Source of the DNA: Nocardioidaceae bacterium
GTDB lineage: Bacteria; Actinomycetota; Actinomycetes; Propionibacteriales; Nocardioidaceae
Reading direction: 5' to 3'
Length of the DNA stretch: 64,000 nucleotides
Assembly (NCBI GenBank): GCA_035765755.1
Contig: DASTWW010000212.1
Coordinates: 4,929 to 68,928, forward strand
The translations under genes were made by a program, and so were the position numbers. The notes beneath the pieces are model-generated. The model did not search any database. It saw only the letters and a program-made list of their open reading frames with translations, and was not told the origin of the DNA. Below are positions 49,898 to 59,472 of this stretch, piece after piece (positions within the stretch are counted from its first letter, which is position 1; the number at the start of each line of letters is the position of its first letter).

Positions 49898-52180
49898 ATG
49901 TCGGGTATCGGGTCATCGCGGAAGTACACGAGCGCCGCCCGGGCCGGCGTACTGCTCAGGATCGGCACGCTGCTCGCCATGGTCGCGGGCCTGTTGGTCA
50001 GTACGGCGGCCGGGGCGGACGCTGCCACCGGTTTGGACGTGTACGTCGGCTACATGGACACGCACACGCGGGCCACCAGCACTCAGCAGCCGAACCCCTG
50101 GCCGTACACCGACTCGTCCCGGTACGTGGGCACGCCCTGCCCGAACTACGGCAGCACCAACGCGTGCTGGGACGCCAGCGCGCTGATGTTGAAGAACAAC
50201 GGCGACACCGATGTGACCGGCATCCACGTGGTGGTCATGATGGGGACCCACAAGTACGACCTCTGGGGTCCCGACTTGAGGGTGGCAGCACACGACTATC
50301 TGGTGCTGACGGAGACCGGGTCGTCCCCGAACTCGGAGAACTTCGACGGCTCGGACTTCTCGCCGAACGCCTACAACGGCGGCCTGGAGGCCTCCTGCAT
50401 CGACTCCGGAGCACGTCCGACTGTGAGCGTGACCATCGGCGGCGCCACCACGTCGTACTCCGACACCGGGCAGGTGCTGAACGCCGGTGGGGTGGACGGC
50501 GGGCACTGCGTGGACGGAGTGTTCGTGCCCGGTCGGATGGACGAGTCTCATCCCTGGGTGCTGATCGGCACTGCTCCGGCCGGTGGTGGTGGTGGCGGCA
50601 CGGCGGCAACCGCGCCTGCTGCACCGACGAACCTGAAGGCCACCGCGGGCGACGGCTCGGTGAAGCTGACCTGGACGGCGCCCGCCGACGGCGGGTCGGC
50701 GATCACCGGCTACCGGGTGCTGCGAGCCACGACGCGTGGCGGGGAGTCCATCCTCACCACCGTGAGCTCGACCAGCTTCACCGACACCGGCGTGACGAAC
50801 GGGACGACGTACTACTACACGGTCGTCGCGGTGAACGGCATCGGGCCGTCGCCGCAGTCGAACGAGGCCTCGGCGACCCCGCAGCCCGCGACTCCGGCGC
50901 CGACCCCGCCTTCCGCGCCGACGAACCTGAAGGCGATGGCGGGAGACGGGTCGGTGACGCTGAGCTGGACCGCGCCAAGCGGCGGCTCAGCTCCAACCAG
51001 CTACAGCATCTACCGGGGTGCGACGGCGGGCGGCGAGTCGAGTACCCCGGTCAAGGCGGTGACGTCGACGAGCTGGACAGACACGGGACTCACCAACGGA
51101 ACGCCGTACTTCTACACGGTCGTGGCGGTGAACGACATAGGGCCGTCGCCGCAGTCGAACGAAGCCTCGGCGACGCCGCAAACCACCACGCCACCGTCTG
51201 GTGGCTCTGGTGGAGGTTCTGGCGGTGGCTCCGGGCCGACCCCGGACCCCGGGCCGTCACCTGTTCCGCAGCCTTCGCCGGCGACCGCGCCCTCGGCCCC
51301 CGCAAGGCTGGCCGCCTCCGTCGCGAACGGGGCGATCCGGCTCACCTGGTCCTCGCCGGCCTCGGATGGCGGCGCGCCGGTCACCGGCTACCAGCTCTAC
51401 AGAGGTACGACGGGGGGAGGCGAAGCCCCGACCCCGGTGATCACCGGGATCGTGACCACGACGTTCACCGACACCGACGTGCGCCCCGGGACGACGTACT
51501 TCTACACAGTGGCTGCGGTCAACGCGGTGGGCACCTCTGCCCCGTCCGCCGAGGCCTCCGCCCAGGTGAGCTCACCGAACAGGCGGGGGATCTGTGCTGG
51601 GCTGGCCCGCTGCCACGTGACGGCTCGCGCCGACGTGAACGGTGACGGCCACCGCGACGTGATCGCGATGGCCCGGCGGGGCGGCCGCCTCGGGTCGACG
51701 GGCGCGGTGATCCTGCGGGTCAAGACAGGCCCGCACCACGTCGTACAGACTCGTCGGCGCCTGGAGAACTGGTCCCGGTCCCCGTGGGTCGGTGTCGCCC
51801 GGCTCGACCGGCGGCCCGGCAAGGAGATCGTGCTCGGCCGGCTCTCCGGAGCGGCGGCGACCTTCTACCAGTCGATCACGTGGCGGCGCGGCCACCTGGT
51901 GCTGCTCGACGCTCCGGGCCGCGGCCGGTGGTGGCCGCTCGACTTCTCCGCCACCCTGCAGGCGGGCTGGCAGCGACGAGCGGCCGACCCCGTCGGCACT
52001 ATTCGGCAGCGCATCGCCACGCACCCGAGCAGCGACGGGACCTACCGCGGCAGGATCAAGATCTACCGCTGGACCAGATCCGGATGGCACCTGGTCCGCA
52101 CCAGGACGAACGGCTCCGTGCCGCTGCAACGGGCGCAGCGCTGGGGCGGCTTCCATGTGCCCGGGCTGCCGCGGTTCTGA
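49898..52180 (+). CDS. secreted protein: unknown N-terminal domain, three fibronectin type III domains, and a C-terminal FG-GAP/VCBS-like region
   Basis: Signal peptide; three FN3 units (PTNLKATAGDGSVKLTWTAP...YYYTVVAVNGIGPSPQSNEASATP and two more); DVNGDGHRDV motif near the C-terminus. Confidence 0.8.
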   Translation: MSGIGSSRKYTSAARAGVLLRIGTLLAMVAGLLVSTAAGADAATGLDVYVGYMDTHTRATSTQQPNPWPYTDSSRYVGTPCPNYGSTNACWDASALMLKNNGDTDVTGIHVVVMMGTHKYDLWGPDLRVAAHDYLVLTETGSSPNSENFDGSDFSPNAYNGGLEASCIDSGARPTVSVTIGGATTSYSDTGQVLNAGGVDGGHCVDGVFVPGRMDESHPWVLIGTAPAGGGGGGTAATAPAAPTNLKATAGDGSVKLTWTAPADGGSAITGYRVLRATTRGGESILTTVSSTSFTDTGVTNGTTYYYTVVAVNGIGPSPQSNEASATPQPATPAPTPPSAPTNLKAMAGDGSVTLSWTAPSGGSAPTSYSIYRGATAGGESSTPVKAVTSTSWTDTGLTNGTPYFYTVVAVNDIGPSPQSNEASATPQTTTPPSGGSGGGSGGGSGPTPDPGPSPVPQPSPATAPSAPARLAASVANGAIRLTWSSPASDGGAPVTGYQLYRGTTGGGEAPTPVITGIVTTTFTDTDVRPGTTYFYTVAAVNAVGTSAPSAEASAQVSSPNRRGICAGLARCHVTARADVNGDGHRDVIAMARRGGRLGSTGAVILRVKTGPHHVVQTRRRLENWSRSPWVGVARLDRRPGKEIVLGRLSGAAATFYQSITWRRGHLVLLDAPGRGRWWPLDFSATLQAGWQRRAADPVGTIRQRIATHPSSDGTYRGRIKIYRWTRSGWHLVRTRTNGSVPLQRAQRWGGFHVPGLPRF

Positions 52181-52205
52181 GCGAGGGCGCTGAGCCGGCA
52201 CCTGG

Positions 52206-53039
52206 CTACGCGCTGCCGTCCGCGTCCTTCGCCGTCGCCTTCCGCGTGGCCTTGGCCGCCTTCTTCGCAGCCGTCTTGGTGGCCTGCTTGACCGCTGTCT
52301 TGGACGATGTCCGTTCGGCGGGTCGGCGTCGCTTCACGCGGACCCACAACTGCCCGCGCCCGCCTGGCCCGGTGACCGTCTTGGTCTCGACGAACGGCTG
52401 CTCCTTGACCAGGTCGCTGAGCTTGCCGAGCCCGTAGGTGCGGGGGTCGAACGACGGGTCGGTGCGGTTGAGATGGTTCGCTACCGCGCTGAGCGAGGCC
52501 CAGTCTTCGTCGTCGGTGGCGACCTTGTTCAGCGCCTTGGTGAGCACGCTCTGGATCGGCTTCGGCTGGTCGTCCTTCGCCTCCGCGCTTGCACCCCCGT
52601 CGCCGGCGAGGACCTCGAGGAACACGAACCTCTCACAGGCCTCCACGAAGGCCTTCGGGGTCTTCCGCTGGCCCACGCCGATGACCCGCTTGCCCGACTC
52701 GCGGAGCCGGGTGGCCAACGGCGTGAAGTCGCTGTCGCTGGAGACGATGGCGAAGCCCTCCACGTTGCCGGAGTAGAGCAGGTCCATCGCGTCGATGATC
52801 AGTGCAGAGTCCGTGGCGTTCTTGCCGTAGGTGTAGGCGAACTGCTGCTGCGGGGAGATCGCGTTGCCGAGGAGGACGTCGCGCCAGCCGTTGAGGTGGG
52901 GATTCGTCCAGTCGCCGTACGCCCGCTTGACGGTGATGGTCCCGTAGCTGGCCAGCTCCTCGAACATCTCCTGGATCAGCTTCGAGGAAGTGTTGTCGGC
53001 GTCGATCAGGACGGCGAGGCGGTGAGTGTCATCGGCCAT
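52206..53039 (-). CDS. NYN (LabA-like) domain protein with OST-HTH/LOTUS domain and Lys/Ala-rich tail
   Basis: LAVLIDADN...VKRAYGDW...FAIVSSDSDFTPLATRLRESGKRVIGVG (NYN) and DEDWASLSAVANHL...YGLGKLSDLVK (LOTUS). ATG 53039 after GAGGAGA. Confidence 0.8.
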   Translation of the reverse strand: MADDTHRLAVLIDADNTSSKLIQEMFEELASYGTITVKRAYGDWTNPHLNGWRDVLLGNAISPQQQFAYTYGKNATDSALIIDAMDLLYSGNVEGFAIVSSDSDFTPLATRLRESGKRVIGVGQRKTPKAFVEACERFVFLEVLAGDGGASAEAKDDQPKPIQSVLTKALNKVATDDEDWASLSAVANHLNRTDPSFDPRTYGLGKLSDLVKEQPFVETKTVTGPGGRGQLWVRVKRRRPAERTSSKTAVKQATKTAAKKAAKATRKATAKDADGSA

Positions 53040-53358
53040 GCGGGGTGGTCTCCTCATTCCGTTGCTGCATCTCCCAGGCAAGGTCGATGGCCATGCGCAC
53101 GGCACCGGGGTCCGCACGATCAAGGTAGGCCTCGACCTTGTGGTGTGCCTCCATGCGAGGCGGGACCCCGAAGCTGTCCGGGTTGGCCTCGAGCAGCGAC
53201 TCTCGCTTGCTCAGCGGGACGCGGATCACCACCGTGGTCTGGTCCTGCAGGCGCACGACCAGGCGGTCGTGGACGTACCACGCCGGACGAGACTCGGTGC
53301 CCTTGCGCTTGACCTGCGGCAGCGACTCCGCATACCGGCCAACTTCTTCGGGGGTCAC
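53029..53358 (-). CDS. MmcQ/YjbR-family DNA-binding protein
   Basis: Size and sequence (VGRYAESLPQV...RPAWYVHDRLVVRL...EANPDSF...HKVEAYL) fit the YjbR fold family. The start is set at GTG 53358; the track start 53400 would leave only 6 nt to the divergent MFS gene. The stop overlaps the NYN start by 11 nt. Confidence 0.65.
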   Translation of the reverse strand: MTPEEVGRYAESLPQVKRKGTESRPAWYVHDRLVVRLQDQTTVVIRVPLSKRESLLEANPDSFGVPPRMEAHHKVEAYLDRADPGAVRMAIDLAWEMQQRNEETTPHGR

Positions 53359-53406
53359 ACGCTGAAGCGTAGGCCAGCGCCCGGCGCGCGGGGCTAGCAT
53401 CCGACC

Positions 53407-54639
53407 ATGGAGACCCAGGTGCGGGTGTACGCCTACCGCTGGGTGGTCCTCGCCGCCTTCATGGCGGTCAACCTGACGATCCAGGTGCTCTGGATCAGCT
53501 ACGCCCCGGTGACGACAGCCGCCTCGAGCTACTACAGCGTCGGTGACGTCGGCGTCGGCGCGCTGGCCATGACGTTCATGATCGTCTACCTGCCGCTGTC
53601 GATCCCCGCGTCGTACCTCATCGACCGGCGCGGCCTGCGGATCGCCTCCGGTTTCGGCGCCCTGCTCGCGGGCGTGGCCGGCGTCGCGCGTGGCTTGGCG
53701 GGGGACCGCTACGGGCTGGTGCTGGCCGCCACGGTGGGCGCGGCGATCGCCCAGCCGTTCCTGCTCAACGCGTGGACCACGGTGTCCGTGCGCTGGTTCC
53801 CGCGGTCGCAGCGCGCCACCGCCGTCGGCCTGGTGACGCTGGCGAACCTGGTCGGTGCCGGGATCGGGATGGCGCTCACGCCGGTGCTAGCCGGGTCGAT
53901 GACGCTGGCCGCGATCCAGCTGATGTACGGTGCGGCGGCGCTCGTCGCAGGGCTGGCGTTCGTGCTCGTCGTACGGGACCGACCGCCCAGTCCTCCGGAC
54001 GCAGGCGCGGCGCAGGACCGCGCGCTGGTGCTCGACGGCCTGCGCCATGCCGTGCGGGTGCGACCGTTCCTGGTCTTCCTCGCGCTGGTGTTCGTGGGGA
54101 TGGGGGTCTTCAACGGGGTGTCCACCTGGGTGGCCGAGATCCTCCGGCCGCGCGGGTTCAGCTCCACCGACGCCGGGACCATGGGCGCTCTGCTGCTGCT
54201 CGGCGGTGTCCTGGGCGCGGTGGTGCTGGCCGCGATGTCGGACCGGTCGGGGCGTCGGATCCCGTTCCTGGCGCTGGCGTTCGGGGCCGCCGCGCCGGCG
54301 TTGCTGCTGCTGGCGGTGGCCCGTACGACGGCGGTGCTGCTCGTCGCGGCCTTCGTGCTCGGCTTCTTCCTGGTCAGCGCCATGCCGATCGGCATGCAGT
54401 ACGCCGCGGAGATCACCGCGCCCACGCCCGAGGGCACCTCGAACGGCGTGGTGCAGCTGGTCGGGCAGGCCTCGGTGGTGTTCGTGTACCTGATGGCGCT
54501 GACCCCCACCTCCGGCGGGTCGTTCCTGCCCTCGCTGGCCGCGCTCGCCGTGCTGCTGCTGGCCGGCGGTGTCGTGGCACTCCGCCTCCCCGAGCCGGTG
54601 CCTACTGGTCGATCTGCCCAGGTGGCCGGGGTGCGTTGA
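53407..54639 (+). CDS. MFS transporter (12-TMS)
   Basis: 410 aa, polytopic, with an MFS loop motif around DRRGLRIASG. Confidence 0.85.
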   Translation: METQVRVYAYRWVVLAAFMAVNLTIQVLWISYAPVTTAASSYYSVGDVGVGALAMTFMIVYLPLSIPASYLIDRRGLRIASGFGALLAGVAGVARGLAGDRYGLVLAATVGAAIAQPFLLNAWTTVSVRWFPRSQRATAVGLVTLANLVGAGIGMALTPVLAGSMTLAAIQLMYGAAALVAGLAFVLVVRDRPPSPPDAGAAQDRALVLDGLRHAVRVRPFLVFLALVFVGMGVFNGVSTWVAEILRPRGFSSTDAGTMGALLLLGGVLGAVVLAAMSDRSGRRIPFLALAFGAAAPALLLLAVARTTAVLLVAAFVLGFFLVSAMPIGMQYAAEITAPTPEGTSNGVVQLVGQASVVFVYLMALTPTSGGSFLPSLAALAVLLLAGGVVALRLPEPVPTGRSAQVAGVR

Positions 54640-55234
54640 GGCCGTAGCGCACTCCGATCATCCGGATGCCGAAACAGGCAACCGCGGCGCCCACCGCCGC
54701 GGGGATGCCGTAGACGCCCGTCCTGGTGGTGATCACCGTGATGGCCGCTCCGACCAGGGCCGGGATGGCGTACAGCTCGCTGCGCAGCACGGTCGGGATC
54801 CGTTGCAGCATGGCGTCGCGCACCGTTCCGCCACCGACTCCGGTGATGCACCCGAGGATGACGGCCTGTGCAGGGCCGAGCCCGAGCTCGAGGGCCTTGC
54901 TGGCGCCGGTGACCGCGAACAGGCTCAACCCCGCCGCGTCGAGGACGAGGATGGCCCGGTTCAGCCGGTCCAGCCGCAAGCCGAAGCCGAAGGCGATCAG
55001 GCTGCCGGCCGCGGCCACGGCGAGGTAGCGCCAGTCGCTGAACGTTGCCGGTGGGAGGGAGTCGATGAGGACGTCTCGGATGATCCCGCCGCCCAGCGCG
55101 GTGATCATGCCGAGGGTGACCACGCCGACGATGTCCAGCCGGGCGACCCGCACGGCGGTGAGGGCGCCGTTGAGCGCGAACGCGAACGTACCGGTCAGGT
55201 CCAGGGCCAGTAGCAGCGTCGGCTCGGTGCTCAC
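54602..55234 (-). CDS. trimeric intracellular cation channel (TRIC/UPF0126, YadS-like) family protein
   Basis: Two UPF0126 repeats with GGGIIRDVL and GGGTVRDAM motifs. Confidence 0.8.
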   Translation of the reverse strand: MSTEPTLLLALDLTGTFAFALNGALTAVRVARLDIVGVVTLGMITALGGGIIRDVLIDSLPPATFSDWRYLAVAAAGSLIAFGFGLRLDRLNRAILVLDAAGLSLFAVTGASKALELGLGPAQAVILGCITGVGGGTVRDAMLQRIPTVLRSELYAIPALVGAAITVITTRTGVYGIPAAVGAAVACFGIRMIGVRYGLNAPRPPGQIDQ

Positions 55235-55262
55235 CTGAGATTTCTACCCTGCGCGCGGGGCC

Positions 55263-56531
55263 TCACGGGCGCGGCCCTCCGAGCCAGGCCAGGGCAGCCA
55301 CCACCAGTGCCGTGGTCCCGGTGTCGAGAGTCGGCTGCAGCACCGGCGCGAACTGCGCCGAGTGGTTGACTGGGATGTCCTGGGACAGCCGACCGGCGGC
55401 CTCGGCCTGCTGATAGCGGTCCGGGTCGATGCCGCCGATGCCCCAATAGGTGTACGGCGCGCTGAGCGCGGTCGGGATGTCGCTGAAGTCCTCGCTGGCC
55501 GTCTGCAGCGGCAGCTGCTCGGCCTGGTCGCCGAAGTGGTCGGCGAACGCGGCGGCGACCCGGTCGGTGACGTCGGCGTCGTTGTCGGTGACCGGGAACT
55601 GGTCGAAGAGCTCGAACTCCGGTTGCTTCGGTGACCGCGAGGCGGTGCACTCCGCGGTCACGATGCGCTCGATGGCGTTCAGGATCGCGGCTCGGGTCTG
55701 TTCGTCGTACGTGCGGATGTTCAGCAGGATAGTGGCGGCGTCGGGGATGACGTTGCTCTTGGTGCCTGCCTGGATGCTGCCCACCGTGAGCACCGCCGGC
55801 TCGCCGGGTCGGGTCTCGCGGGAGATCACCGTCTGCAGCCGGACCACGATCATCGCCGCGAGCACGACCGGGTCGACCGAGGCCTGGGGCATCGACCCGT
55901 GGGCACCGCGTCCGTGCACCGTGATCCGCATGCTGTCGGCGGCCGACAGCGCCGGGCCGGGACGAGTTGCGACGCGGCCGGCCGGCAACGCCAGCACGTG
56001 CTGGCACAGGGCGACGTCGACCTTGCCGACCAGCTTCGCCAAGCCGTCCTCGACCATCCCCCGTGCTCCATCGGACACCTCCTCCGCAGGCTGGAACACC
56101 GCCACCGCGGTGCCTTGCCAGTGCGCCGTGGATCCGGCCAGCAGGTCCACGGCCCCGAGCAGACAGGTGACGTGGACGTCGTGGCCGCACGCGTGCATCA
56201 CCGGCACTTCGCTGCCCTCGGAGGTGGTTGCGGTCACCGTGCTGGCGTACGGCAGCCCGGTCGCCTCCCGGACCGGCAGCGCGTCCATGTCGGCTCGCAG
56301 CAGCACCACCGGACCTTCGCCGTTGCGCAGCACCGCGACGACGCCGGTGCCGCCCACGCCGTCGTGCACCTCGCAGCCGGCGGCTCGCAGGCGGTCGGCG
56401 ACGTTGCCGGCGGTACGCCGCTCCTGGTGGGACAGCTCCGGATGGGCATGCAGATCGCGGTAGAAGTCCTCCTGCCAGCCGCGAACGCGCTCCAAACCGT
56501 CCAACACCAGTGAGGCGGACGAAGCTGTCAT
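55263..56531 (-). CDS. M20D-family amidohydrolase (hippurate hydrolase / aminoacylase-like)
   Basis: DLHAHPELSHQE, LRADMDALP, MHACGHD, FQPAEE motifs. ATG 56531 after GAGGAG. Confidence 0.85.
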   Translation of the reverse strand: MTASSASLVLDGLERVRGWQEDFYRDLHAHPELSHQERRTAGNVADRLRAAGCEVHDGVGGTGVVAVLRNGEGPVVLLRADMDALPVREATGLPYASTVTATTSEGSEVPVMHACGHDVHVTCLLGAVDLLAGSTAHWQGTAVAVFQPAEEVSDGARGMVEDGLAKLVGKVDVALCQHVLALPAGRVATRPGPALSAADSMRITVHGRGAHGSMPQASVDPVVLAAMIVVRLQTVISRETRPGEPAVLTVGSIQAGTKSNVIPDAATILLNIRTYDEQTRAAILNAIERIVTAECTASRSPKQPEFELFDQFPVTDNDADVTDRVAAAFADHFGDQAEQLPLQTASEDFSDIPTALSAPYTYWGIGGIDPDRYQQAEAAGRLSQDIPVNHSAQFAPVLQPTLDTGTTALVVAALAWLGGPRP

Positions 56532-56683
56532 GGTCGCTCCTCGGTCGGCGGTCGGCGCCCGGCCCCAACGACAGGGACGGACCTTTTCACCCTGCTCCGG
56601 ACACGGCGTCGCCACAAGGGGCACCGTCCACACCCGCGGTTGGGACGTTGTCCCCTGTCGGCCAGAGCAGCCGTTCGCCTAGC

Positions 56684-58012
56684 GTGCCCCGCGTGCGCCC
56701 CGGACCGGCTTCGCAGGTGCGCCGCGGTCACTCCGCGCTGAAAGCGGTGGACGCGGTCCTGTTCGTGTACGCCGGACTCTCCGCCGTCTGGCTGGCGTAC
56801 CTCGTGCTGGTCGAGAGCCTGCAGCTGAACTGGCGCCTGCTCTTCCTCGTCGTGTTCTGGCTGCTGGCCGCCTACCTGGTGCTGCCCCGGATCCACCGGG
56901 CGTTGACCTACATCTACGTGCCGAACTACTTCATCGGCCGCACCCGGACCAGCGACGGCCTGCTGGGCGACCCGGTCAACCTGGCCCTGCTCGGCGACGA
57001 GGCACAGGTCCACGCCGCCATGACTGCGGCGGGCTGGGTGCGCGCCGACGACGTGACACCGGCCAGCAGCCTCTGCATCGTCCGCACCACGGTGTCGCGG
57101 CGCAGCTACCCGGAGGCGCCGGTGAGCCCGCTGCACCTGTTCGAGCGGCCGCAGGACTTCGCCTACCAGCAGGAGGTCAGGGGCAATCCGTCGCAGCGGC
57201 ACCATGTCCGGTTCTGGCGCTGCCCCGAGGGCTGGCGCCTGCCCGGCGGGTACGCCGTGGACTGGGTCGCCGCGGGCACCTACGACCGCAGCGTCGGATT
57301 GTCGCTGATGACGTTCCAGGTCACCCATCGCATCGCCAAGGACATCGACGTCGAGCGCGACCACATCGTCGCCAGCGTGACGAAGGCCGATCCGGAGGTG
57401 GGAGTGCACCAGATCCGGCACTTCGCGAGCGGCTACCACGCGCGCAACGGGGGCGGGGACGAGATGGTCACCGACGGGCACCTTCCCGTGCTGGACCTGC
57501 GCGCCGTCCCGGCGTCCACCCGGGCCGGGGAGGCGAGACCGCTCACCGACAGCCGGGACCGGCGTCCCGCCTCCGTCACCTTCAGCGCGTCCGTCGCCTG
57601 CCTGCGCGGCCTGCTGGGCGTGGCGCTGGGCTGCCTGATCCTCGTGGACCCGAACCTGCTCTCGGACGTGCCCCACGACGCCGGGCTCAGCGCGGCGTTC
57701 GTCACGGTCACGGCCGTCGGCTTCCTGGTCGTCGCGGCGATCGACCTCGGGCTGGGGGTGGCCACCTTCCAGGGCCGCAACTGGGCCCGGCTGCTGCTGA
57801 TGCTGGACTGCGCCGCGTCGATCCTGGTTGCCTTCGCGGCCACCACCGGCGGAGGTCCGCTGCCTTCGCTGGGCTCCGGGCTTCCGCATGTCGCGCTGGG
57901 CATCCTGGTGCTGCTCGCGCTGACCAGTCCGCGGGCCCGGCGCTATGCGACCCGGGGTCGTCCCGTCGTACTCCTCGCCCCCGCGGCCGAGCCCGAGGTC
58001 AGGGCCCGGTGA
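56684..58012 (+). CDS. membrane protein with LssY C-terminal-like domain
   Basis: N-terminal TMs, then DPVNLALLGDEAQVHAAMTAAGW...HHVRFW...GTYDRSVGL (LssY_C-like from memory), then C-terminal TMs. Start GTG 56684 or 56693. Confidence 0.6.
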   Translation: MPRVRPGPASQVRRGHSALKAVDAVLFVYAGLSAVWLAYLVLVESLQLNWRLLFLVVFWLLAAYLVLPRIHRALTYIYVPNYFIGRTRTSDGLLGDPVNLALLGDEAQVHAAMTAAGWVRADDVTPASSLCIVRTTVSRRSYPEAPVSPLHLFERPQDFAYQQEVRGNPSQRHHVRFWRCPEGWRLPGGYAVDWVAAGTYDRSVGLSLMTFQVTHRIAKDIDVERDHIVASVTKADPEVGVHQIRHFASGYHARNGGGDEMVTDGHLPVLDLRAVPASTRAGEARPLTDSRDRRPASVTFSASVACLRGLLGVALGCLILVDPNLLSDVPHDAGLSAAFVTVTAVGFLVVAAIDLGLGVATFQGRNWARLLLMLDCAASILVAFAATTGGGPLPSLGSGLPHVALGILVLLALTSPRARRYATRGRPVVLLAPAAEPEVRAR

Positions 58013-59372
58013 GCGGCGCGCCGGTCCGGACCGACACGACCACCTGGTGGATCGCCCGGCCGACCGCGGCGGCGTGAACCGGGTTGTCCATGAGCGACTG
58101 GTGGGTCGCGCCCGGCACGGAGCGATGCCGGCTGTTGGTCGACAAGGTGGCCAGCTCGTCCTGGGCTCGGTTCCATTGCTCGTCGTGTCCGAGGCCGGCG
58201 GTCAGGACCACCAGTGGCTTCACGTGCAAGGTCGCGAGCCGGCCGGCCTCGCTCGCGGAGCGGTTCGCGACGCCGAACTCGTCGACGAAGCTCGCCATCT
58301 CCTTGCCGGTGGCGGCGCTGGCACGTGCCTCGACGCGCGACTGCGGCGGCAGGTCCGCGAAGCTGAGCTGGGCGATCAGGCGGCCGACGCCCAGGCGAGA
58401 GGTCGTCGCCACCAGTGCGGACAGGTGCTTGACGAAGCTGTAGGAGCCCGGGTTCTGCGGGGGCACGGGGGTGGACCGGGGCGCGGTGGAGTCGACGAGC
58501 ACCAGGCCGGCGACCTGGCCGGGGTACTGGTCGGCGAAGCTCATCACGTACAAGCCGCCGAAGGAATGGCCGGCCAGCACGTACGGGCCCGGGACGTGCG
58601 CTCGGGTCAGCAGCGTGTGCAGGTCGCTCGCGATCTGCGCGCCGTCCTGCGGGGTCGGGGCGGCGTCACTCCACCCGCGCCCGGCCCGGTCGTAGACGCA
58701 CACCCTGGTGGTCCGGGCCACGGCGGGGGCGACCCAGCCCAGGGTCGCCGCGGACGCTCCGCCGCCGGGCTCGAGAATCACGGTCGGCCGGCCGGAGCCG
58801 GCGCACTCGAGGTGCAGTCGGTAGGGCCCCACGTCGACCAGCCGGCCGTGCATGGTGGGCTGGTGCTCAACCGATCGGCTGACCGTCTCATATCCCCCGG
58901 CCAGCGCGACGACCACCAGGATGGCCAGCACCGGGTTGAGCAGCCAGGCCCTGGTCCTGCTGCGCAGGTCCCGCCTCGCACGGAGGAACACCCAGACCAC
59001 CAGCACGAGCAGCGCCGGCGGCCAGACCCAGCCGAGCGCATCGACCACGGTGTCCGGGACGAGGAGCACGAGGACCCCGGCCAGCCCCATGAAGACGGCC
59101 GGAGCCACGGCCCAGCGCTGTGGTTGGTCGGTGAGCCGGGTGGAGAGGACGGCCAGAAACGCCCACCCGAGCGTGAACCCGATCAGCACCATCCCGGTGG
59201 CGAAGTTCTCGTCCACCGTGGCGACCGGGAGGAAGGGCAGGACCAGCGCAGCCACCAGACCCGCGGCCAGCGACCCCGCAACGATCCCGGCGATGCCGAT
59301 GCGGCTCGGCTTCGGTGCGGTGCCGAGCTCTGGATCATCGTTCCGGGTCGCGGTTCCACTGCGCCAGCTCAT
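57999..59372 (-). CDS. membrane-anchored alpha/beta hydrolase
   Basis: About 5 N-terminal TMs, then PTVILEPGGG..., the nucleophile elbow GHSFGG, and LVLVDST. Confidence 0.8.
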   Translation of the reverse strand: MSWRSGTATRNDDPELGTAPKPSRIGIAGIVAGSLAAGLVAALVLPFLPVATVDENFATGMVLIGFTLGWAFLAVLSTRLTDQPQRWAVAPAVFMGLAGVLVLLVPDTVVDALGWVWPPALLVLVVWVFLRARRDLRSRTRAWLLNPVLAILVVVALAGGYETVSRSVEHQPTMHGRLVDVGPYRLHLECAGSGRPTVILEPGGGASAATLGWVAPAVARTTRVCVYDRAGRGWSDAAPTPQDGAQIASDLHTLLTRAHVPGPYVLAGHSFGGLYVMSFADQYPGQVAGLVLVDSTAPRSTPVPPQNPGSYSFVKHLSALVATTSRLGVGRLIAQLSFADLPPQSRVEARASAATGKEMASFVDEFGVANRSASEAGRLATLHVKPLVVLTAGLGHDEQWNRAQDELATLSTNSRHRSVPGATHQSLMDNPVHAAAVGRAIHQVVVSVRTGAPLTGP

Positions 59373-59472
59373 GAGGAGCACCTCGTCTCGCCGGGTGTGA
59401 TGAGCAGCCCCCCGTCCAGCATGCGCGCGCCCGACGAGCGTGGGACATAGCCCGAACGTGGTGACCGCGACG

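Noticed and set aside
50812-51182. Near-identical ~70-nt DNA segments inside the FN3 protein gene, considered as a possible mobile or intergenic-type repeat.
   Set aside because: Both copies are in frame and encode the same FN3 C-terminal strand. This is internal domain duplication, not a mobile element.
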